A stretch of 64,000 bases of DNA from an uncultured Gammaproteobacteria bacterium. GTDB taxonomy: Bacteria; Patescibacteriota; Microgenomatia; Daviesbacterales; UBA10151. Shown piece by piece: positions 21,425-29,053 of this stretch. Made by a program: the position numbers and the translations under genes. Below the pieces are notes generated by a model. The model made no database searches. It saw nothing but the letters and a program-made list of their open reading frames with translations, and was not told where the DNA came from. The DNA is taken from NCBI GenBank assembly GCA_964636275.1, contig CAZWRN010000003.1, forward strand, positions 4,423 through 68,422, in the 5' to 3' direction. The first letter of the stretch is position 1; the number at the start of each line of letters is the position of its first letter.

Positions 21425-23247
21425 AAATCAGCCTATCTGAAAATGGACAAACTATCATCTTTGCTCTAGTTGTACTTACAGTGGTAATTGTAGGTGTTTT
21501 GGTGATGATTTCCGGATCTTTCACCTCAAAACAAAACAGTCGCTATAGTTTGGATTCACTTGATGCTTCCTCAATTGCTGAAGCCGGAATAGATAAAGCC
21601 GTGGCAACACTCAATAAAACAGCTGGTCAGTATAATGGCGAAACTGAAACTCAGCTTGGAAATGGTTCATATATCGTAAAAATCACTCCGATCGATGCCA
21701 ACACTTTTCAGGTTGAATCAACTGGATACGTCCCGTCTGTCCAAAATTATAAATCAAAACGAACAGTTTCTGTCCGGGTGGAAAGAGGTGATGGTATGGC
21801 ATTTGCCTATGGGGTGCAAGTTGGGGATGGCGGCTTTAGTATGAGTGGCGGGTCCCGTATTAACGGTTCTGTTTATTCAAATAACGATATTAATATCTCT
21901 GGTGGATCAATAATTACCGGAGATGCTTATGTGGCAGGAGGAACTCAACCGACTGCTGACCAATTATCCACCTGTACCCCGCCAAATTGTCTTGATTATT
22001 TATTTGGTAAAACAGTTTCAGGAAATACAATTTTAGATTTAGCCCAAAGTTTCCGGCCATCTACAACTGCGGCTATCAATAAAGTGGCGGTAAATGTCAA
22101 AAAGTTTGGCTCTCCACCCAATGTCACCGTTCGCATATTAGGTGATAATAATGGTAAACCCAACAAAAATGATGTACGAACCTCAGGTACATTGAATGCA
22201 AACTTAGCTAGTTCACAGTATGGATTTGTTGAGATTGGACTTCTGCCTTCAGCCTCGTCGACTTTAACAGCCAATAATGTATATTGGATTGTCATTGATA
22301 CATCATCTGATGCAACAAATTACTGGAGCTGGCAAATTGACTCTTTAAGCGGATATACCACTGGTTCAGCCAGTTGGTCTCCCAACTGGCAGGCAAATGG
22401 AAATCCAGTTTGGAACCCTGTCTCTGGAGATTTGCTCTTTAAAACATTTATGGGTGGCAAGATCAACAAAATTGCTGGTATAGGATCCTCAACTATTAAC
22501 GGAAACGCATATGCCAATACCTTAACTGGTGACAATCCATCTGCCCTTCAAATAGGACTGGATGCTTATTATCAAACTGAATCAAGTATTAGAGTTTCTG
22601 GACAAAACTGTTCAAATAATACTCACTGTCATCCGGGATCACCTGATCTGCCAGCTTTACCACTACCTGTTTCAGAAGCCAATATCGCTGAATGGAAATC
22701 ATTTGCCGATGATGTAGTCCAAACAGGTGATCTAAATATACAATGGCCATGCACCACTACATTAGAAAAGAAAAAATATGTCGGCAACGTCACAGTTGGT
22801 GGCGGTTGTAGTATACAAATCGACACTCCTGTTTGGATTACCGGAAATCTTACATTAGGTGGTGGAGCCAGTGTCAAACTTAAAACAAGTTATGGTTCTA
22901 GTTCAGGGATCATTGTAGTAGATGGGGTTACATCACTTGCCGGAGGAAGTACATTAAAAGGCTCAGGAAGTACGGGATCTTATATGATGGTAATTTCAAC
23001 TAACAATAACCTGGTTAGTCCTTATGCGATTAGCATAAATGGTGGAAACAGTTCTTCTATTTTATATGCCCCCTATGGAGCAATCTATTTATCAGGCGGA
23101 AGTAATTTAAGAGAAGCATCGGCATATAAAGTTGTGATGGACGGTGGGGCTATTCTAACCTACGAAACAGGTGTTGCAAATCCATTTTTTTCATCTGGGC
23201 CTTCTGGATCATTTAGTGTTGTTAAAGGAACCTACCAAAGTAAATAA
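21421..23247 (+). CDS. large pilin-like protein (E5-less N-terminal helix NGQTIIFAL plus PilX_N-like segment) fused to a ~550-aa Gly/Ser-rich, beta-helix-like domain; candidate pilus tip adhesin
   Basis: N-terminal pilin-like TM helix and AEAGIDKAV segment. Repetitive GGS...SGG...GG blocks are spread through the C-terminal region. Confidence 0.5.
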   Translation: MKISLSENGQTIIFALVVLTVVIVGVLVMISGSFTSKQNSRYSLDSLDASSIAEAGIDKAVATLNKTAGQYNGETETQLGNGSYIVKITPIDANTFQVESTGYVPSVQNYKSKRTVSVRVERGDGMAFAYGVQVGDGGFSMSGGSRINGSVYSNNDINISGGSIITGDAYVAGGTQPTADQLSTCTPPNCLDYLFGKTVSGNTILDLAQSFRPSTTAAINKVAVNVKKFGSPPNVTVRILGDNNGKPNKNDVRTSGTLNANLASSQYGFVEIGLLPSASSTLTANNVYWIVIDTSSDATNYWSWQIDSLSGYTTGSASWSPNWQANGNPVWNPVSGDLLFKTFMGGKINKIAGIGSSTINGNAYANTLTGDNPSALQIGLDAYYQTESSIRVSGQNCSNNTHCHPGSPDLPALPLPVSEANIAEWKSFADDVVQTGDLNIQWPCTTTLEKKKYVGNVTVGGGCSIQIDTPVWITGNLTLGGGASVKLKTSYGSSSGIIVVDGVTSLAGGSTLKGSGSTGSYMMVISTNNNLVSPYAISINGGNSSSILYAPYGAIYLSGGSNLREASAYKVVMDGGAILTYETGVANPFFSSGPSGSFSVVKGTYQSK

Positions 23248-23299
23248 TTCAGTAGATCTAGTATAAATATTCAATCTGTTCTACAATAAAACTGATCAA

Positions 23300-23333
23300 A
23301 TCAGAGTAAGTATCTGCTCTCATCTGATTTTAA
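23300..23333 (+). terminator. possible weak intrinsic terminator or attenuator between the pilin block and pilM
   Basis: Imperfect stem AAATCAGAG...CTCTcaTCTGATTT followed by TTTT. Confidence 0.25.
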
Positions 23334-23340
23334 CCGAATT

Positions 23341-24381
23341 ATGGCTGCCCAAAACCGTGTTGGTATTGATATTGGTGTCTCATCTATAAAGCTGGCTGTG
23401 CTCTCAAAAAACCAGGAAAATGCTCGTTTAATATCCCTTGGCCATATCCCCTCACCCATTCCAGGCATAGCATCGGAAGCAGAACTTGACTTAGAAGCAG
23501 TAGCAACAGCTTTAAAAAAATTATATGAGGAGGTCAATCCTCCAACTCGTGATGTAGCAGTCGCTTTACCCGAATCTAAGATATTCACCCGAGTGATTTA
23601 CGATTTACCATATTTGTCTGATGATGAACTAGCTCAAGCGATCCGTTATGCTGCAGAAGAGTTTGTCCCTATGCCTATGAAAGATGTCAATTTGTATTAT
23701 CAAGTCATCTTTCGTTCACCAAAAAAGGAACCAAACAGTCGTACTGTAGTTTTTGTAGTTGCAGCTCCAAAAAATCTGATTGATAAGTACTTAAAGGTGT
23801 TGCAAAGTGCCAACTTAAGGGTAGTTGCAATTGAAACTGAAGTTCTAGCTACAGCTAGATCTCTGGTAACTTTTAATACTTTTTCACCTACTACCCTGAT
23901 TATTCAACTTGGCGCATCAAATACTGACTATGCTGTCATATCAGAAGGGTTAATTCTACTTACCAGATCTATAGCCACAGGTGGTAATACTCTGACACGA
24001 TTAATTGCTCAAAATTTTAATTTTGAAGGTGTTCAGGCTGAAGAATATAAAAAAGTATATGGTGTCCTGGAAGATCAATTAGAAGGTAAATTATTTAGAA
24101 CTTTAAAACCGGTTATTGATGTGATCGTTACGGAGGCTAAAAGAGTAATACTGGCTCATGAGATGCAAAACAAACAGAGACCTATTAAACGCGTCGTTTT
24201 AACTGGAGGTGGTGCTAGAATGCCTGGTCTAGTTAGGTATTTTGCCAGTTTCTTAGGTCTCGAAGTCGCTGAAGCTGACCCTTGGGGAGCAGTCGAAGTT
24301 GATCCAACTTTAAAACAGAAACTAACAGCCGAAGCACCTTTTTACTCTGTTGCCGTAGGTTTAGCCCTTAAAGATGTCTAA
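23341..24381 (+). CDS. pilM: type IV pilus assembly protein PilM (actin-like ATPase fold)
   Basis: N-terminal GIDIGVSSIKLAV and an FtsA/PilM-like architecture. Confidence 0.85.
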   Translation: MAAQNRVGIDIGVSSIKLAVLSKNQENARLISLGHIPSPIPGIASEAELDLEAVATALKKLYEEVNPPTRDVAVALPESKIFTRVIYDLPYLSDDELAQAIRYAAEEFVPMPMKDVNLYYQVIFRSPKKEPNSRTVVFVVAAPKNLIDKYLKVLQSANLRVVAIETEVLATARSLVTFNTFSPTTLIIQLGASNTDYAVISEGLILLTRSIATGGNTLTRLIAQNFNFEGVQAEEYKKVYGVLEDQLEGKLFRTLKPVIDVIVTEAKRVILAHEMQNKQRPIKRVVLTGGGARMPGLVRYFASFLGLEVAEADPWGAVEVDPTLKQKLTAEAPFYSVAVGLALKDV

Positions 24382-24392
24382 ATAAACCACTT

Positions 24393-24956
24393 ATGGATCG
24401 TATCTCCATTAATTTATTACCAATAGATTTAAAAGAAAACAAAAAACTGCTTTATAAAAAAAAGCTCGTAAATTTAATCAGCTCAATAACTGTGGTTATA
24501 CTTATAGTAGTGACAGGTATATTGGTCATACTGTCGGTAATCCAAAATAGTCAGGTTGGTAAGGAAGAAACAGATATTTCAAGGCTTGAAAACACACTCT
24601 CATCCTTGAAAGAAAAAGAAGCATCTGTAGTGATATTAAAAAAAAGATTGGCCAGCATATCTCAAGTTATCAAACATAAATATCCACAGACGGATTCATT
24701 TCTTTTAGTCTCATCACTCTTGCCAGAAAATGTAACACTTCAAAATTTTGTTGCTGAACAGCCCAACACAGTAACTCTTCAAGGCATCGCCGCCAACGCA
24801 GCATCACTGCAGCATTTTTTTGACAATTTAACCGATCCAAAAATCAATGAGGGTAAGATTACAAAAACAGTTATTTCCAATCTAAACAGAGGCAATTCCC
24901 CGCAACTTAACTTTGATTTAGAGGTGTCAGTCAAGGTAGAAGGAGGGAATAAATAA
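24393..24956 (+). CDS. pilN: type IV pilus assembly protein PilN (single TM + periplasmic domain)
   Basis: Position after pilM, N-terminal TM segment, and size. Confidence 0.55.
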   Translation: MDRISINLLPIDLKENKKLLYKKKLVNLISSITVVILIVVTGILVILSVIQNSQVGKEETDISRLENTLSSLKEKEASVVILKKRLASISQVIKHKYPQTDSFLLVSSLLPENVTLQNFVAEQPNTVTLQGIAANAASLQHFFDNLTDPKINEGKITKTVISNLNRGNSPQLNFDLEVSVKVEGGNK

Positions 24957-25697
24957 ATGGATCAGGTATTAAAAACTTTTAGACAGTATCAGGTTATTAT
25001 ACGTCGCAATCCTCTCTATGCTAAATACAGTCTTTTTATCATCCCAGCCATAACTATAATTATAAGCGTGTTAATTCTTGTATTAGTAACTATTCCTCAG
25101 ACGTTTAAACTCATTAAAAATAATCAGCTGGTTGAAGAACTAAAACAGCAAAAAACTGCATATCAATCTAAAATTACAACACTCAATAAAGTTGACACAA
25201 CCCAATATAAAACAGATTTAAACAACGTTCTAACGATCCTGCCAAACGAGAAAGAAATCCCCTCCGCAATTAATAGTATTTTACAAGTGATATCTCTATC
25301 CGGTCTTACTCTAACAAATTTTTCAATAGGTAATAGTGGAACACCAATAAATGGAGTTGAAAATTTTATTGTAAGTATTGATGTAACCGGATCTGCAAAC
25401 CAAATTAAAGAGTTGATAAATTTCGCGGATCGATCTTCAAGATTGATCAAAATTACCAGTCTAAGTTTGAACTATGGTTCAGACGGGGTTTCCCAAACGA
25501 CTATTGATGTTTTGGTTTTCTATGCTCCTCTGGATACCTCAATCAAAACAGATGATTCACAAGCCATAACTCTACTTTCTTCTGATGATCAAACTTTACT
25601 TGATAAAATCAAACAAAACACCCAAAGTATATCTTCATCTCAAACTACCCCCCCTATCCTAGATAGCCCGACAGGCAAAGATGATCCATTTAATTAA
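24957..25697 (+). CDS. pilO: type IV pilus assembly protein PilO-like
   Basis: Position, single TM segment, coiled-coil. Confidence 0.5.
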   Translation: MDQVLKTFRQYQVIIRRNPLYAKYSLFIIPAITIIISVLILVLVTIPQTFKLIKNNQLVEELKQQKTAYQSKITTLNKVDTTQYKTDLNNVLTILPNEKEIPSAINSILQVISLSGLTLTNFSIGNSGTPINGVENFIVSIDVTGSANQIKELINFADRSSRLIKITSLSLNYGSDGVSQTTIDVLVFYAPLDTSIKTDDSQAITLLSSDDQTLLDKIKQNTQSISSSQTTPPILDSPTGKDDPFN

Positions 25698-26358
25698 TCA
25701 GGTCAGGACGATTTTTTTTCGTTTTTTCCAGAGAAGTTTGCTCCCGCCACTCGGCAATTTTTTTGTGATCACCAGAGGTTAATACAGCCGGAACTGTTAC
25801 TCCTTCAAATTCAGCAGGGCGGGTGTAATGTGGATGTTCAAGTAAGCCATTTTCATAACTTTCATTTTGAGTAGCTTCAACTTTTTCCAACACACCTGGT
25901 ATCAACCGGGTTATCGAATCTGCTATTACCATCGCCGGAAGCTCTCCGCCCGTCAAAACATAGTCACCAATAGATACCTCCTCGTCAATATAATGATCTA
26001 TAAAACGCTGATCTACTCCTTCATAATGACCACAGACAACAATCAGATGATCCATCTGAACGAATGCTCTAGCTTTTTTCTGGGTATATGTTTTCCCCGA
26101 GGCTGATGTGAGTATAACCCGAGATTTAGCAGTTTTGACCGACTTTACCGCTTGGGAGAGGACTTCTGGTTTGAGAACCATTCCAACCCCACCACCATAG
26201 GGGGTATCGTCGACTACTAGATGGTTGCCAATACCAAAATCACGAATATTCACAATGTCGTATTCGACCAATCCTTTACTTTGGGCCCTGCCTAAAATAG
26301 ATGATGACAAAATTGGGGTAAAAATTTCCGGAAAAAGAGTTAAAAAAGTAATTTTCAT
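25690..26358 (-). CDS. trmD: tRNA (guanine37-N1)-methyltransferase
   Basis: SPOUT/TrmD motifs (FLTLFPEIF, VVCGHYEGVDQR). Confidence 0.9.
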   Translation of the reverse strand: MKITFLTLFPEIFTPILSSSILGRAQSKGLVEYDIVNIRDFGIGNHLVVDDTPYGGGVGMVLKPEVLSQAVKSVKTAKSRVILTSASGKTYTQKKARAFVQMDHLIVVCGHYEGVDQRFIDHYIDEEVSIGDYVLTGGELPAMVIADSITRLIPGVLEKVEATQNESYENGLLEHPHYTRPAEFEGVTVPAVLTSGDHKKIAEWREQTSLEKTKKNRPDLIN

Positions 26359-26366
26359 CGGCTCGT

Positions 26367-26624
26367 TTAAGCTTCAGATTCACCCTGGATACCATTATCG
26401 ACTAAATGCAGATACACTCGCGCTCCCTCATTCATTGCCCTAACTGCCAGTATTTTACGAATTGATTTGATTGTCTGACCACTTTTACCAATCACAATAC
26501 CCATATCCTCAGGGGCAACAGTCAAATGCAAAACCATTCCACCTTCATCTTGACCTTCCTCAATAGATACAGCATCAGGTTGAGTGACAAGTTGTTTAAC
26601 GATATATTCGACAAGATCTTTCAT
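26367..26624 (-). CDS. KH-domain RNA-binding protein (YlqC/UPF0109 family)
   Basis: GxxG KH motif IGKSGQTIKSIR. Start trimmed to the ATG at 26624 to abut rpsP. Confidence 0.7.
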   Translation of the reverse strand: MKDLVEYIVKQLVTQPDAVSIEEGQDEGGMVLHLTVAPEDMGIVIGKSGQTIKSIRKILAVRAMNEGARVYLHLVDNGIQGESEA

Positions 26625-26628
26625 ATAC

Positions 26629-27087
26629 TTATTCTGGTTTTTCCTCAGCTGATTTTTCAGTTGTATCGTCATTTGAAGCTTCTACTGGTGTCTCCTGTAC
26701 TTCAGGAGCTGATGCTTCAGCCTCTGAAGTAACTGTTTCTACTGGAGATTCATCAACTGCTTCAGGAGCTTTCTCTTCAGCTACAGGTGCTGCTGCAGCA
26801 GCCGCAGCACTCGATTCACCGCGATCTTTCTTTGGCTTTCGAGGCAATCTTTGTGGAGCTTTACCAATTATTCTTAAAAAACCAGTGGAAAGCTGAGCAC
26901 CGTTTTTAACCCAGGCATCGATTCGATCTTGTTGTAAATTGATCTCTTTGGGAGTAGTTAATGGATTATAGGTACCCAAAAGCTCAAGGTAACTACCTGT
27001 TCGTTTTTTTCGCTCATCAACAGCTACCACTCGGTAGAACGGTCTTCCTTTAGCACCTATTCGCATTAATCGGACTTTTACTGCCAT
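26629..27087 (-). CDS. rpsP: 30S ribosomal protein S16 with a ~65-aa Ala/Glu/Pro-rich acidic C-terminal extension
   Basis: MAVKVRLMRIGAKGRPFYRVV N-terminus; 152 aa against the usual ~85. Confidence 0.9.
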   Translation of the reverse strand: MAVKVRLMRIGAKGRPFYRVVAVDERKKRTGSYLELLGTYNPLTTPKEINLQQDRIDAWVKNGAQLSTGFLRIIGKAPQRLPRKPKKDRGESSAAAAAAAPVAEEKAPEAVDESPVETVTSEAEASAPEVQETPVEASNDDTTEKSAEEKPE

Positions 27088-27089
27088 AT

Positions 27090-27190
27090 TGGTTAATTTC
27101 TAATTTCTAATTTCAAATTTCTAATGTCTAAATAAAAAAAATCCTAATTATTAGAAATTAGGTCAATTAGAGCACTTAGAAATTTCTATC
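27090..27190 (-). repeat. 5'-UTR octamer-repeat element (TTAGAAAT/TTTGAAAT tandem) upstream of rpsP
   Basis: In mRNA sense the sequence reads ...ATTAGAAATTTGAAATTAGAAATTAGAAATTAACCAAT-ATG. It belongs to a recurring family (see 38490, 41160, 42555, 58930). Confidence 0.6.
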
Positions 27191-27196
27191 CTCGTA

Positions 27197-27226
27197 AGTA
27201 TACCTAATTTGAGGCTAACTAGTCAA
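27197..27226 (-). promoter_or_regulatory. sigma70-like promoter TTGACT-N18-TATACT for the rpsP operon
   Basis: Hexamers read on the minus strand: agtcaa at 27221-27226 and agtata at 27197-27202. Confidence 0.4.
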
Positions 27227-27248
27227 CCGCTAAGATTAATCTAAAAAA

Positions 27249-27920
27249 TTATGGGTTTAATGTCTTGAGAGCATCTGATGCAGCAGCTTCTTCAGCAATT
27301 TGTTTGGAAGAACCTTCCCCTTCTCCGATCTGTTCACCTTGCAAAAAAACTCCTACTTTAAATTCTTTGGCGTGATCCGGTCCTACAGTCGCCAAAATCT
27401 TGTATTTTGGTGATTGCTTGGTTTTGGTTTGAGCCAACTCCTGTAGTGAGGATTTTGCATCTTTTGGTGGCCCACTCTTTAGCTCCTCTTCAAATAAAGG
27501 CAACAGTGAATCGAAAACAAACTCTTTGGCTTTTTCCAATCCTTCAACTAAAAATATTGCCCCAAGAAATGCTTCAAATGTATTGGCTAAAAGCTGAGTA
27601 TTCTCACGTCCTCCACCCATCTCCTCTCCTTTTGAAAGCCGCAAATGCTCGCCTAATCCCAGTATCTGAGCAGCTTTGGCAAGTGAAGTCGTTTTTACAA
27701 TATATGAACGTAAATTAGTCAGATCACCTTCTGCATCATGGGGACGAAGATGAAAAAGTTCGGTTGCAACAATTAAAGATAAAACTGAATCACCTAGAAA
27801 TTCCAACCTCTCATTGGACTCTTTGACTTCAGGAGATTCGTTTAAAAAAGAACGGTGAGTAAACGCCGTCAAAAATAATGGATTTGAATCAATCTTTTGT
27901 ATTAAATCTATCTTATTCAT
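27249..27920 (-). CDS. rnc: ribonuclease III
   Basis: RNase III signature ERLEFLGDS and a C-terminal dsRBD. Confidence 0.9.
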   Translation of the reverse strand: MNKIDLIQKIDSNPLFLTAFTHRSFLNESPEVKESNERLEFLGDSVLSLIVATELFHLRPHDAEGDLTNLRSYIVKTTSLAKAAQILGLGEHLRLSKGEEMGGGRENTQLLANTFEAFLGAIFLVEGLEKAKEFVFDSLLPLFEEELKSGPPKDAKSSLQELAQTKTKQSPKYKILATVGPDHAKEFKVGVFLQGEQIGEGEGSSKQIAEEAAASDALKTLNP

Positions 27921-27962
27921 GGTAATTAGGCAGAGAAATGTATTTGGTTGAAAGACTCGGGT

Positions 27963-28193
27963 TTATTCAAGACTCAGATCTTCAATAGCCACTACCAAAT
28001 CATTTACAGTTCTAAGGCCTTCTATATCAGCTCGATGAAACGTGACTTGAAACTTTTCTGACATATAGTTGATCAGATCAGCCATTTCAACCGGGCCAAT
28101 ACCTAGATCTTCTGCCAATGAAGCACTAAGATCGATGTCTTGTGGGGTGACACCCAAATGTTTAGCAAATTCAGCAATAACTTGTTTTTGCAT
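27963..28193 (-). CDS. acyl carrier protein-like (phosphopantetheine attachment site DLGIGPVE)
   Basis: ACP-like 76-aa helical protein with a Ser in a DLGxxS-type motif. Confidence 0.55.
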   Translation of the reverse strand: MQKQVIAEFAKHLGVTPQDIDLSASLAEDLGIGPVEMADLINYMSEKFQVTFHRADIEGLRTVNDLVVAIEDLSLE

Positions 28194-28281
28194 GTGAAAT
28201 CCTTTCTATATCTATCCATTATGATTGGACAGTGATTTTAAATTAGTTGATTGGTAGTCTGCTGTCAACCCTGAAATTTGC

Positions 28282-28662
28282 TCAGACTACTTCCGATGGA
28301 TGAGTATCAATCAGTTTACCCAAAACTCCATTGACAAAACTGCCAGATGATTCAGATCCATACTCTTTAGCCAGCTCAACGGCTTCATCTACCACCACTT
28401 TAGTGGGAGCTTTTCTGGAATAAAAAAGCTCATAAATCCCTAGGCGTAAAACTGCTAAATCAACTTTATTGATCTTGTCTACTGGCCAGCTTGGAGCGGC
28501 TTCAGTAATCAAAGCGTCAATCGCCTCTATCTTCTCAATAACTGCCTGAGAAGCGGCTGAGAATTCCCGTTCAGAGGTATTAGCTTTGCCAAACTCCACA
28601 GAAAAAAGCTCCTGCATAGTTTTAGCTCGCTCAATGTGTCTAGGATCTTTTGATGTTTTCAT
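28282..28662 (-). CDS. nusB: transcription antitermination factor NusB
   Basis: NusB-fold motifs (RLGIYELFY, NGVLGKL). Confidence 0.8.
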   Translation of the reverse strand: MKTSKDPRHIERAKTMQELFSVEFGKANTSEREFSAASQAVIEKIEAIDALITEAAPSWPVDKINKVDLAVLRLGIYELFYSRKAPTKVVVDEAVELAKEYGSESSGSFVNGVLGKLIDTHPSEVV

Positions 28663-28699
28663 AGAGGTATATTAACTAATTTACGGAAAAATAACTAGT

Positions 28700-28894
28700 T
28701 TAAGCTCGGGTAACAGTAGTGACATCAGTGGCTTTTTTGCCAGCATAAAAACCACATGAGCGGCAGGCCATGTGAGCTAGAGTTTTAGCATTACAATTTT
28801 TGCACACTTCAAGTGGCATGGCGTTTAAAATTATTGATGCTCGTCGTGTTCTTTTTGCCGCTTTGGAATGTCGGCGCTTTGGTTCATGAGGCAT
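28700..28894 (-). CDS. rpmF: 50S ribosomal protein L32
   Basis: Basic N-terminus (KRRHSKAAKRTRR) and a CxxC...CxxC zinc ribbon. Confidence 0.8.
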   Translation of the reverse strand: MPHEPKRRHSKAAKRTRRASIILNAMPLEVCKNCNAKTLAHMACRSCGFYAGKKATDVTTVTRA

Positions 28895-29053
28895 AGTGAG
28901 AGTATTTTATCACACCTGAAGCTAAATATGCTAGCCTCTAGTTTGAAACGATAAATTATAAATTGCAAAGCAATTTTCAAGCTTCGCTTATAAAGTAAAA
29001 ATTATAAAACGAGAAAAAAGTCTTATACTTTATCTTTTATACTTTATAATTCT

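Noticed and set aside
27090-27190. The octamer tandem repeats considered as a possible CRISPR array.
   Set aside because: The units are 8 nt with no spacers of unique sequence and no cas genes. They are not CRISPR.
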